A DNA stretch of 32,000 nt from an uncultured archaeon (GCA_964510585.1 CAZECW010000187.1:73154-105153); one strand, 5' to 3'. Positions 9,481 through 18,484 are shown, numbered from the stretch's first letter. Numbers and translations are program-made. Notes: a model not told the origin generated them from the letters alone.

Positions 9481-10613
9481 TTTTTACACTTCCTGTAACC
9501 TTTTTCGTCTGCCAATTTGTGGATGAGGGGGGCAACCTTACCAGAAACATAGCCTTTTTGTATATATTTCGGATAAATTGGTAATCTTTCTACCAGTCTG
9601 AACTTATTTTCTCCAGTTATTTTTTCAAGCTTTTGCCTAGTTGGCCAAGGATTATTTGGATTAATTTCATCCGAGGTTACGGGTGAGATTCCTCCCCAGT
9701 CATTCATCCCCGATACAAGTAGCTCACGTTCGCGTCCAATGTTTAAATTTGGGGGAATCTGAATACTCGTTTCGCCTTTAAAAACTAATCGGGTAATAGC
9801 TGCGGTTAGCATAATGTCGCTTAAACTTGGCGGCTGCGCCTTTTCCATAGGTGTGCCTGGTATTGGAGTGAAATTCTGAATTATTATTTCCTGTATGTGG
9901 TCATATTTCTCATGGAGCTCTTTTAAGGCGAATATGCTTTCTATTCTCTCCTCAACTGTTTCTCCTATTCCTAGAAGGATGCCAGTTGTGAAGGGTACCT
10001 TTAACTCTCCCGCATATTTTATAGTTTTGATTCTTCTTTCAGGTAATTTTCCAGGGCTGTGCTCATGTGGTTCCCCTACTCCGCATAGTCTCTCACTACA
10101 GTTTTCCAGCATAAGGCCCATACTGGCATTTACCTGTTTTAGCTTTTCAATCTCCCGTTTCTCCAGGATTCCCGGATTACTGTGAGGAAGCAATCCCACA
10201 TCTAGTGCCAATAGACAAAGATCGTAGAGATAGTCCACCATTGAGGAGTATCCCCAATCCTCAAGTAAATCTCTAACTTCGGGATACTTTTCTTCGGGTT
10301 TCTCACCAAAGGTGAAGAGGGCTTCAGTGCACCCCGCCCTTTTTCCACTAATTAAGAGATTTTTTACTTCTTCGGGGCTCAAAATCCTCGCAAGCGGATC
10401 CCCCAGCTCCTTTCGAAAACCACAATAACTGCAACGGTTTCTACAAATATTTGTTAGGGGAATAAAAACGTTTAGAGAAAATGTTACAATGTCACCATAA
10501 TACTTTTTCCTTATTCTATTAGCTGCATCACATACAGCCCGAAGATTTTTTTCACTTGATAAATTTAGTGCTTCCTCAAATGTTAAGTCCTCGAAATCAA
10601 TATTCTTGAGCAC
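9477..10613 (-). CDS. cofG: FO synthase subunit 1 (7,8-didemethyl-8-hydroxy-5-deazariboflavin synthase)
   Basis: VFIPLTNICRNRCSYC, EALFTFGEKPE, PHSNPG, SMGLMLE, IIQNF, IQIPPNL and DWGGISPVTSDEINP motifs. Confidence 0.93.
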   Translation of the reverse strand: MLKNIDFEDLTFEEALNLSSEKNLRAVCDAANRIRKKYYGDIVTFSLNVFIPLTNICRNRCSYCGFRKELGDPLARILSPEEVKNLLISGKRAGCTEALFTFGEKPEEKYPEVRDLLEDWGYSSMVDYLYDLCLLALDVGLLPHSNPGILEKREIEKLKQVNASMGLMLENCSERLCGVGEPHEHSPGKLPERRIKTIKYAGELKVPFTTGILLGIGETVEERIESIFALKELHEKYDHIQEIIIQNFTPIPGTPMEKAQPPSLSDIMLTAAITRLVFKGETSIQIPPNLNIGRERELLVSGMNDWGGISPVTSDEINPNNPWPTRQKLEKITGENKFRLVERLPIYPKYIQKGYVSGKVAPLIHKLADEKGYRKCKN

Positions 10614-10663
10614 GACCCAAGCCCTCTTTCCTTAAGTTGAATTGTAAATATTGGTTGAATCTG

Positions 10664-11803
10664 CTATAGGGAGGGAGTATTTTTCTTTTTGGCAGATGGG
10701 AAGGAGCCCATTATTTTTACTTCTCCTGCGCTTTTGCTAATATTCATTATTGCCTCCTTAACCTTGGGGTCTTTTCTGTGGCCTTCCAAATCCACAAAAA
10801 ATATGTAGTCCCCTAGAACTCTTTTTGAGGGTCTAGACTCGATTCTTGTAAGGTTAATGTTTCTTTCTTTGAACTGCTCTAAAACTTCGCATAAAGCACC
10901 AGGTCTATCCTGCAATAGAAATATGGCTATGGAGGTTTTATCTTGGCCTGTTGGTTCAGTGTCTTCAGAGGCTATTACTGCGAACCGGGTTTCATTGGTT
11001 TGTTCATCCTGTATTCCCTCAGCGAGCACAGTCATTCCATAAAGTTTTGCGGCTGCTAGGCTACCGATGGCCGCTATGTTTGTGTCTTCTTCTTCTGCAA
11101 CTATCTTAACCGCTTCTGCAGTGCTAAGAGTTTCATATAGATGTGCATGTGGTAGCTTTTTGGCTAGAAATGTTCTACACTGGGCCAAAGCCTGTGGATG
11201 AGAGTAAACCTTAGTTATTTTGTCAAGGCTTATTTTTTCTTTTGAAATTAAATTGTGTACCACGGGGAGGATGATTTCTCCACAGATCTTCGCCTCGCTT
11301 CGAGCTAAGAGATCTAGGGTTATCGTTACACTGCCTTCAACTGAATTTTCAATGGGAACGATTCCAATGTCTACATGTTTATTTTCCACCGCAGAGATTA
11401 TACTTGCGATTGTTGACATAGGAATCAGTTCCGCTTCGGTTCCCGCTGCGTACTTTAGGGCGGCTTCCTCTGTGAAGGTTCCACGTGGGGATAGATAAGC
11501 AATTTTTTTGACTTCACCCCTCACCTCGCCTTCCGTTCTTCTTCCATAGTCAATGATTTCAAGGAAAATCTTATTCACAAAACTGGGATCTAAGCCCATT
11601 TCGACTGCCCTTTTTTCACTATTGGCAATTACTTGTGTTTCTCTTTTCTGGTCTCTAATCTTCAGTTTCAAGCTTGACTTTACTTTGGCCAGCTCCCTGA
11701 TCTTATCTCTTCTCTGTGCTAAAAGCTCCACTATCTGTGAATCGATTTCGTCTATTTTCTTTCTAATGGCTGCCAATTTATCTTCATAATTTTCTGATGT
11801 CAC
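10664..11803 (-). CDS. pheA: Bifunctional chorismate mutase / prephenate dehydratase with ACT domain
   Basis: N-terminal AroQ helix (IRKKIDEIDSQIVELLAQR), PDT motifs GTFTEEAA, PIENSVEG, SHPQALAQC and NETRF, and ACT motif PGAL...INLTRIESRP. Confidence 0.95.
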   Translation of the reverse strand: MTSENYEDKLAAIRKKIDEIDSQIVELLAQRRDKIRELAKVKSSLKLKIRDQKRETQVIANSEKRAVEMGLDPSFVNKIFLEIIDYGRRTEGEVRGEVKKIAYLSPRGTFTEEAALKYAAGTEAELIPMSTIASIISAVENKHVDIGIVPIENSVEGSVTITLDLLARSEAKICGEIILPVVHNLISKEKISLDKITKVYSHPQALAQCRTFLAKKLPHAHLYETLSTAEAVKIVAEEEDTNIAAIGSLAAAKLYGMTVLAEGIQDEQTNETRFAVIASEDTEPTGQDKTSIAIFLLQDRPGALCEVLEQFKERNINLTRIESRPSKRVLGDYIFFVDLEGHRKDPKVKEAIMNISKSAGEVKIMGSFPSAKKKNTPSL

Positions 11804-11849
11804 TTCTCACACCAATCTACGACTTAAGAATGCAGATTACTTTTTTAGA

Positions 11850-11861
11850 TTTATAACTTTC
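11850..11861 (-). promoter_or_regulatory. Putative BRE/TATA box for the pheA-cofG-cofH run
   Basis: Minus strand GAAAG-TTATAAA about 46 nt upstream of the pheA GTG, with a GGTGTGA SD-like sequence between them. Confidence 0.45.
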
Positions 11862-11972
11862 TGTTAGGTAGCATTGGGACTTGCAAAACCAATATATTGT
11901 CCTTCGAGTCTCTTTTCAATATTAAGAAATTTAAGTCCTTTGACCTATTTCCGGAATTTACGGTGCCTAAAA

Positions 11973-12755
11973 ATGTGTAAATTGTTAGCCTTATCTTGTA
12001 GTAGTGAAGAAGATAACAAAAGTATTTTAGAAGCCTTTGTTAAAAAATTTGGGTCTACAAATCCAGATGGTTGGGGAATGGCCTATCTGGACGAATCAAC
12101 TGGACTATACTGTATCAAAAAGGTTTACCATAGGGACCGAAGACGGTTGGAGGAGACTTTCTTCCGTGATTTAGGAGAGGTAAAAACTAGGTCGTTAATC
12201 GCTCATTTACGAAAGGCATCGATCGGTCGGAAGAGTCAAGAGAACTGTCATCCCTTCGAAGGATACATAGATAACCACCAATTTATCTTTGCACATAATG
12301 GTACTGTGTGGCCCAGAAAAGTTCTTGAATCTAAACTAGTTAACCATAAACCAAAATCTGATGATCCCACGGATTCAGAACTGGTTTTCTGCTACATTAT
12401 GGAAGTTTTAGAAGAAAGAGGCGTCAATCTGAACTCGTGGCGGGATATGGTTGAAACTATAAATAGTGTAGTTTTAAGCATCCGCTCAGAGGCCCTCATT
12501 ACTAAATTAAATTTTATACTCGCCGATAAAAGTTACATATACTGCTACAACTGGGGTGAACTCCAATATTCACTAATGGAGGAAAGCACCAATTGCAAAC
12601 TTCCCAACGAAACATTCTCCCCCTGTAATGGAAAATTTTTAGTGTGCAGTAGACCTCTACTAGAAAACTCTTCTTGGAACTCCGTACCTCCAAAAACCAT
12701 TTTGGTTCTGCGAGAGGGAAAAATACAATTCTCAAGCAAAAATACTAGATTCTAG
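11973..12755 (+). CDS. Class II (Ntn) glutamine amidotransferase, YafJ/EgtC/Dug3-like
   Basis: Start reassigned to ATG 11973 so that the catalytic Cys is residue 2 (MCKLL). Motifs NPDGWG, AHLRKAS, ENCHPF, FAHNG and TDSE. Confidence 0.88.
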   Translation: MCKLLALSCSSEEDNKSILEAFVKKFGSTNPDGWGMAYLDESTGLYCIKKVYHRDRRRLEETFFRDLGEVKTRSLIAHLRKASIGRKSQENCHPFEGYIDNHQFIFAHNGTVWPRKVLESKLVNHKPKSDDPTDSELVFCYIMEVLEERGVNLNSWRDMVETINSVVLSIRSEALITKLNFILADKSYIYCYNWGELQYSLMEESTNCKLPNETFSPCNGKFLVCSRPLLENSSWNSVPPKTILVLREGKIQFSSKNTRF

Positions 12756-12899
12756 GTAGCTAATTTTTAAATTAAACCCAAATATATATAATTATAAGAT
12801 GTACTCCTAACAATTAATTTAGATTTAATGATAATTGGCTATTTAAAAAAATAGACCAATTTTCTATGAAGCATTATCCGTTTTTGGAGGGTAACCCAA

Positions 12900-14186
12900 T
12901 TGAAAGCACTAGTACTGGCGGGCGGAACAGGTAAAAGACTCTTCCCCCTAACAGAGACTCTTCCCAAATCCATGATTCCACTGGCTGGGAAACCGGTGCT
13001 GGAGTATGTTATAGAATACTTGGTTCACACCAACTTGAATGACATCATCATTGTGGTGGGGCCTAAAAAGGAGCAAATTTGTGATTACTTCTCAACAGGT
13101 AAGGATTTCGGGGCAAATATTTCGTATGTAGAGCAAAAGAGACCGGTGGGAGTGGAGGACGCGATTCTCACCGCTCTACCCGTATTAGAAAAAGAGGAGG
13201 AATTCCTAATTGTTCATTCTGATTTTGTTGCCTCCAGCGAAATAATCCGTAGAGCTATAGAATATCATAAGGGTTTAGATTCAGATGCCACTATTGTGAT
13301 TACCTTGGTTGACGATCCTACTCTTTATGGTGCGGTGGAAATTGATGAAAACGCGAGAATAAAGAGAATTATTGAGAAGCCTAAAAAAGAGGAGGCCCCA
13401 AGCAACTATGCTGCAGCAGGAGTTTATGTCTTTAAGGGGGAGTTCCTAAAGAAATTAGAGGAAACAAAGAGATTCGACACATCTGTCCAATCAATGATAC
13501 AGGAGGATAAAACAGTTTATGGTATGGTTTGGGAAAAGGATTGGACCGAGATAACCTATCCTTGGGATATTCTAGAGGCTAATCGATTCATTCTGGCTCA
13601 AAGGCTTAAGGGTAAGGGCTCTTTTATTGCAGAGAGCGCGCAGATTGACAGCACTGCCAAAATAGAGGCTCCGGTTTGGATTTGTGACGACGTGATAATA
13701 AGGCCTCGCGCGGTCATAAGAGGCCCCTGTTTCATTGGTCCAGACAGTTTTATTGGTGATGGAGCCCTAATAAGAGACCACACCTCAATAGGTAAGCATG
13801 TTTCCATAGGGTTCGGAGTAGAAATAAAGAATAGTATAATAATGGATGACTCTTCTGTTGGAAGATTGAGCTATATTGGCGAGAGTATAATAGGGAGATC
13901 AGTTAAAATAGGGGCGGGAACCCAGACGTGGAATATTAAAATGAGGGGAGGCCCCCCAATAGAAATGAATATTGATGGTAAAAAAGTTCCAGTACCCGCA
14001 GAAAGATTCGGTGCCATTATAGGGGAGAATGCCGAAGTAAGCATTAACGTGTCAATATTTCCAGGCAAAAAAATTGGAGCGGGGTCAACAGTGTTTCCCG
14101 GAGTGATAGTTGAGGAGGATGTTCCTTCATATTCAGAGGTAAGAGCCAAACAAGAAATTGAAACCATAGCAAAAAAGGGATTCTAA
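12900..14186 (+). CDS. Sugar-1-phosphate nucleotidylyltransferase/acetyltransferase (archaeal GlmU-like)
   Basis: LAGGTGKRLFPLT..PK signature, YPWDIL and C-terminal hexapeptide left-handed beta-helix repeats. Confidence 0.88.
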   Translation: MKALVLAGGTGKRLFPLTETLPKSMIPLAGKPVLEYVIEYLVHTNLNDIIIVVGPKKEQICDYFSTGKDFGANISYVEQKRPVGVEDAILTALPVLEKEEEFLIVHSDFVASSEIIRRAIEYHKGLDSDATIVITLVDDPTLYGAVEIDENARIKRIIEKPKKEEAPSNYAAAGVYVFKGEFLKKLEETKRFDTSVQSMIQEDKTVYGMVWEKDWTEITYPWDILEANRFILAQRLKGKGSFIAESAQIDSTAKIEAPVWICDDVIIRPRAVIRGPCFIGPDSFIGDGALIRDHTSIGKHVSIGFGVEIKNSIIMDDSSVGRLSYIGESIIGRSVKIGAGTQTWNIKMRGGPPIEMNIDGKKVPVPAERFGAIIGENAEVSINVSIFPGKKIGAGSTVFPGVIVEEDVPSYSEVRAKQEIETIAKKGF

Positions 14187-14193
14187 TTTAGAA

Positions 14194-14820
14194 TTGTCCG
14201 TGATACCTATGTTGGATGCTTTTTATCAAAAATTAGGTGAGGACATCAAAACCGCTAACGATTTGGAGAAGAGGGGGGATTTTAGAGCTGCGGCGAAACT
14301 TTGGATTGAGATAGCTGAATACTGCTTAAAATTTGCTAGATCTGAATATGCTTCTGAGGAAATTAGAAAAAACCTTATTGAGAGGTCTGAAGGCTATATT
14401 GAGCATGCAAAAATGCTAAAAATTAGACCAGCACCCTTAAAGGGCTCCATAGAAAAAAGCTCCCAAGCAATAGACTATTTGGAAAAAGCTTTGGATGATA
14501 AGGTTAGAGCTGATAAACAGTGGATGGCCCTTGACCTAAACTCGTACATAATGACTATGTTTAGTGTAATTGAAAAACTCCTCTACCACGTTTATATATC
14601 CAAAACGGGTAATCTTCCAAGCCTCGAAGAAACATTTACTTCTCTTGTTAAATGGGCCTACAGGGAAGGAATCATCAGTGATCACCCCGACAATATTGAA
14701 TTCGTTAGGCTCCTTTACGAAAAATTATCCAAAAAATCGCAAAAAATAACTAGTGAACAGGCTATGGAAGCAAGAGAAATAATGGAGCGAGTGTATAAAG
14801 AGTTATGCGAAAACCTATAA
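14194..14820 (+). CDS. MIT-like domain fused to a degenerate HEPN/DUF4145-like helical domain
   Basis: Residues about 10-76 match the three-helix MIT pattern (A..LEKRGDFRAAAKLW..IAE...IERSEGYIEHAKMLK). The C-terminal half (VIEKLL...LVKWAYREGII...VR) resembles a HEPN fold without RxxxxH. The start is TTG 14194 or ATG 14209. Confidence 0.55.
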   Translation: MSVIPMLDAFYQKLGEDIKTANDLEKRGDFRAAAKLWIEIAEYCLKFARSEYASEEIRKNLIERSEGYIEHAKMLKIRPAPLKGSIEKSSQAIDYLEKALDDKVRADKQWMALDLNSYIMTMFSVIEKLLYHVYISKTGNLPSLEETFTSLVKWAYREGIISDHPDNIEFVRLLYEKLSKKSQKITSEQAMEAREIMERVYKELCENL

Positions 14821-14834
14821 TTTTCGCATGCCTT

Positions 14835-15536
14835 CTACTTCTTTTTCCAAACCTTCTTTATTTCCTCTTCAGAGGCTAGTCTGAAGGTTTGAGTTTCTGC
14901 GTCAATGATGCCTAAATCTATGTCTTCAGGCTGAAGGTTTTCAGAAACTTCTCTCAAGGTGTCTACCGCCAGTTTTAACATTTCACTTATCGACATATCC
15001 TCTTTATACCCTGCTTTCAGAATTTCCAAAGCCTTAGGTTCATTAGCCCCAACCGCTGCAGCTTTGCTTTTGGTCAAGGCTCCCGAAGTGTCTATGAGAA
15101 CTATTTCCGGGCCCCCTCTGCTTATTCCTCCAAAAAGTAAGGCACATCCAAATGGGCGTGTTCCTCCTAACTGTGTAAAGCGCTGCATGAGACGCCCTAG
15201 CCTTTGGGCAAGTGTACTAACATCTATTTTTTCATCGTATGTTACTCTATACGATTGAGCTATGATTCTTGCTCTGTCAAGTAGAAGTCTTGAATCCGAC
15301 ATGTATCCGGCACTTGTGGCGCCTATGTGGTCGTCTATTTTCAAAACTTTTTCATGGGATTCAAGCAGTTTGCTATGTGTTTTCGCCACCCCTGCCAATA
15401 CCACGCCCTTAGATGTTTTTATTCCGACAGCCGGCGCTCCTTTTTTAACTGCTTCGCTGGAATACTCCACTTGAATAATACGCCCTTCAGGAGAGTACAT
15501 GGTGCTACTTTTATCATAATCCATCTCGTCGGACAT
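14835..15536 (-). CDS. psmA: 20S proteasome alpha subunit (divergent paralog)
   Basis: YD....YSPEGRIIQVEY, EKVLKIDDHIG, FTQLGGTRPFGCALL and AVG motifs; GAGGAG SD. Confidence 0.93.
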   Translation of the reverse strand: MSDEMDYDKSSTMYSPEGRIIQVEYSSEAVKKGAPAVGIKTSKGVVLAGVAKTHSKLLESHEKVLKIDDHIGATSAGYMSDSRLLLDRARIIAQSYRVTYDEKIDVSTLAQRLGRLMQRFTQLGGTRPFGCALLFGGISRGGPEIVLIDTSGALTKSKAAAVGANEPKALEILKAGYKEDMSISEMLKLAVDTLREVSENLQPEDIDLGIIDAETQTFRLASEEEIKKVWKKK

Positions 15537-15762
15537 TAGACGTCTCCTCTTATATTTTGACCTATATCCTATAGGAATTGAAAGTTTCTAAATATTTCCC
15601 AAATCCTTGCAATTACCTAATTTTTAAATCTTTTTAATTTCGCATTATTTGTACTATGCGAATCTGTTTCTAAACTCTAAATCCACTAGTTAAAGCAGGG
15701 TGTGTTAGGAACGACTGAAGTTTCCACTAATCCATTCAATCCTCAGTTTCTATACTGGAATT

Positions 15763-16587
15763 TTACTTGCTAGAAATTTTTTTGAGCACATCTTGAATAT
15801 CATATAAGCAGGTTAAGACACTTTCTATATCAAGTATATCCTGCTGGAGCAAGTTGCCAGCACGTGAAAGATCTATCTGTAATCTGAGCATAAAGGGCGA
15901 AAAACCTTCATTTAATTCAGGGTTTTCCGTATAAATCGCCGCGTGTATCAAGTCAACGCCACCAAAGCCCAGGTCGAAAAGCAAGTCGTCAACTTTCAAA
16001 AGAAATTCGACTATTCGTTGCTTATCACCCTTGGTGCGTAGTTCTGCCTCGGCATCAGACAGACTCTTACTAATCTCGTCCAGCCTCTTTTTCAGAGAAT
16101 CCGTGTTTATAGGCATCTCCTCTCGATACATTGTTGCCTCTGGACAGAAATTAAACCACCACTCAAGGTAGTGCGCTGTGCTGCAAAAGAATTTTTTATC
16201 ATGATTTAATGGCTCCACGGAAACAGTGTACATGCATTCTTCACCACAAATAGTGCAAACCCCAGCCCCATCTTGATATGGTCTAATATCTCCACAAAAA
16301 GGTACACGAACGTACATAGCGTCGCCTTTAGGGGGTAAAAGTTTGGGGGGAATTTGCAACTCTTTACTGAACGGTTTTGAGTCTAATTCGGCAAATATTG
16401 CAGTCCAGACCGGGCCTCGTGGAGTTCTAACTAAAAGAGGGTTTCTTCTCGGGTGGTTGTTGCAATATGTCCAATACGGATCTTCGATTTTGAATTTTCT
16501 AACCTCACAGAAGGGCTCTTGGCTTTTATCACTATTTGCTTTATTGAATTTACAGGTTCCACAGCAATCGCTGCCACCATTAGGCAT
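15763..16587 (-). CDS. Hypothetical Cys-rich metal-binding protein with TRASH/YHS-like finger and C-terminal helical bundle
   Basis: N-terminal CCGTC...C...YCNNHP cluster, a second cluster CTICGEEC...FFCSTAH, ATG start with GGAGAG SD. No family recognised with confidence. Confidence 0.6.
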   Translation of the reverse strand: MPNGGSDCCGTCKFNKANSDKSQEPFCEVRKFKIEDPYWTYCNNHPRRNPLLVRTPRGPVWTAIFAELDSKPFSKELQIPPKLLPPKGDAMYVRVPFCGDIRPYQDGAGVCTICGEECMYTVSVEPLNHDKKFFCSTAHYLEWWFNFCPEATMYREEMPINTDSLKKRLDEISKSLSDAEAELRTKGDKQRIVEFLLKVDDLLFDLGFGGVDLIHAAIYTENPELNEGFSPFMLRLQIDLSRAGNLLQQDILDIESVLTCLYDIQDVLKKISSK

Positions 16588-16987
16588 AATAATTCTCTCC
16601 TAAAACCACACGCTGCAGTTAATCCTTTCTGCTTATCTGATATGTGCTTACATAGGGTCAGGGGGTAGTTGAATTTTGCACATTTCAGGTATATTTATTG
16701 GGTGTTGTAAGGTTTCGAGTGTTCATCGCTTCCAAAATGTTATGTGTGGTGTATCTTTCGTCAATAGTATGTGCTGAGTTGTAGTGTAATGCCATTTTAA
16801 TATATTTAACTGTTTTATCAATTTTTATATGAAATTATGGTGTTTCTGGGATTTTACTAAACTTCTTTTTTAAGAATTAGGGTAATACTCTGGTAACGTC
16901 TGGCTATAGTTTCTCACTCTACAGGGATAATAGTCAATATAATAAGTGACTTTCACTAGGTTTTTTAAAGGCGGTGGGTTCGATTTG

Positions 16988-18484
16988 ATGTCCCTGGATA
17001 GATTCAAGTGTACTTCTTGTAATGAGGCTGAGGCGGCTTACTACTGTGAGGAGTGCAAATCAGCTTTCTGTCTGGGATGCGCCCAGGAGAGAAGGGAGGA
17101 GTTTTTTATCTGCGGTTCATGTGGCTTCAAGGAAACAAACCTTGGAATGGATAGGGATAAGAAAAGCTCCTCAAGATGTCCGAATTGTGGTTCAACTGAT
17201 TTGAGATCTGGGATTAGAAAATGGAAACTTTGTCCTAATTGTCGCTCTGGTATGGTTATAAGCGTTCAAGATAAGAGGGTGGAGCTTAAAAAAACCTTTA
17301 TTGATAATGTTAACAGCATTCTATATGGTTATGAATTGTTGAAAGATTTTTCGAGGAGACTTAGGGAAACTAGAAAGAGGCTAATCTTTCTCAGGCACAG
17401 AAGGTATTTCCACTATCCAAAAATGGAGGAAACTCTAATCTCCCTTTTCCAAGAAATTATTTCCTTGAAAAAGAAGGTGGAGGCGCGGGCTCAACAGGTC
17501 TTAAATGTGATTCAAGTGCAACTCGTGGATTTTTCTTACCCTGATAATTGGAGCCCACGTGATTTTGCACAGATTCAAACAGCTGTGGACAGGATAAAAG
17601 CCGATGTGAATGACTACAAAGTATATGTGAAGGGTCTTATGGAACTACCTGAAAGGAATCTCGATACGGTTGTTTCCTTGGTAAAATTGCTGAGTTTTCA
17701 TTGGAAGTTCTTTGAGGAACATAGAGAAAAAATTGATTTAGAAATTGGGGAAAAACCTGTGGCAGCCATTCAGAGGGTAAAATATGTGGGAAGCTCTTTT
17801 CTCAGTTTAGAAAAATGTAGTGGAATACTTTTGTTAACAGATAAAAGGATAATTTTTATCAGAGAAAAAGGAATTTTAAACAAGTCGTACCAGAAACATT
17901 TTGAACTCCCCCTAAAAGCTCACAAAATCGTAGTTGAAGGATCAATATGGAAAAAACTCTCTTTTGAAGGTTCCCAAGGGGATGTGCGATTCTCCGCATC
18001 CAAAAATACCCTAAAAGCAATTGAAAGATACGTAGAATTGGCTAAAAACTTTGATAAAAGTTCCATAAAGGATAAAACCCAAACTGACAAATTGGAAAAG
18101 CTGGAAATAACCCTAGACGACCTGAAAACTGAGCTACACAAAAAAATTATGAGCGTTTTCACACCCCAAATTAAGGAGCCCACTCGCGGATTTGAACTAC
18201 AGCCACCTGTTCCCACCGTTACCCCCAGAGTTGCTCAAAAGTCCGCACCCCCACTAACCACTTATAATCGGGTACAAGTTCAAACTGTGGAAGGATCAAA
18301 AAGAGGGGATGTTCTGGATTGGGAACGAAGGAAATTCTCCATTGAGCAGCTTCTCAAAAAAATTGAGGAACTTTGGCGGCGTGGAGACATTTCTGTAGAG
18401 GAGTACCTGAAAAGAATGAAGAATCTTTATGAGGAACTCTACGTCTTGAACCAGAAATTAAAGGAAATCGAAGTTCAGGCGTAA
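16988..18484 (+). CDS. B-box/Zn-ribbon + coiled coil + PH/GRAM-like + steadiness-box (Vps23-core-like) protein; ESCRT-I-like
   Basis: Six CxxC pairs, a helical region, GILLLTDKRIIF (PH/GRAM-like) and a Pro-rich linker. The C-terminal FSIEQLLKKIEELWRRGDISVEEYLKRMKNLYEELYVL aligns by eye to the TSG101/Vps23 steadiness box. Start moved to ATG 16988 (GGTGG SD). Confidence 0.65.
   Translation: MSLDRFKCTSCNEAEAAYYCEECKSAFCLGCAQERREEFFICGSCGFKETNLGMDRDKKSSSRCPNCGSTDLRSGIRKWKLCPNCRSGMVISVQDKRVELKKTFIDNVNSILYGYELLKDFSRRLRETRKRLIFLRHRRYFHYPKMEETLISLFQEIISLKKKVEARAQQVLNVIQVQLVDFSYPDNWSPRDFAQIQTAVDRIKADVNDYKVYVKGLMELPERNLDTVVSLVKLLSFHWKFFEEHREKIDLEIGEKPVAAIQRVKYVGSSFLSLEKCSGILLLTDKRIIFIREKGILNKSYQKHFELPLKAHKIVVEGSIWKKLSFEGSQGDVRFSASKNTLKAIERYVELAKNFDKSSIKDKTQTDKLEKLEITLDDLKTELHKKIMSVFTPQIKEPTRGFELQPPVPTVTPRVAQKSAPPLTTYNRVQVQTVEGSKRGDVLDWERRKFSIEQLLKKIEELWRRGDISVEEYLKRMKNLYEELYVLNQKLKEIEVQA

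Noticed and set aside
11874-11972. N-terminal extensions given by the ORF track (also 16946-16987 and 28913-29017)
   Set aside because: Ntn enzymes need Cys at residue 2, and the downstream ATGs at 16988 and 29018 have SD sequences and match family N-termini.
12900-14820. MNT-HEPN toxin-antitoxin pair (nucleotidyltransferase followed by HEPN-like gene)
   Set aside because: The upstream enzyme is a sugar-phosphate (GT-A-like) nucleotidyltransferase, not a Pol-beta minimal nucleotidyltransferase, and the HEPN-like domain lacks RxxxxH.
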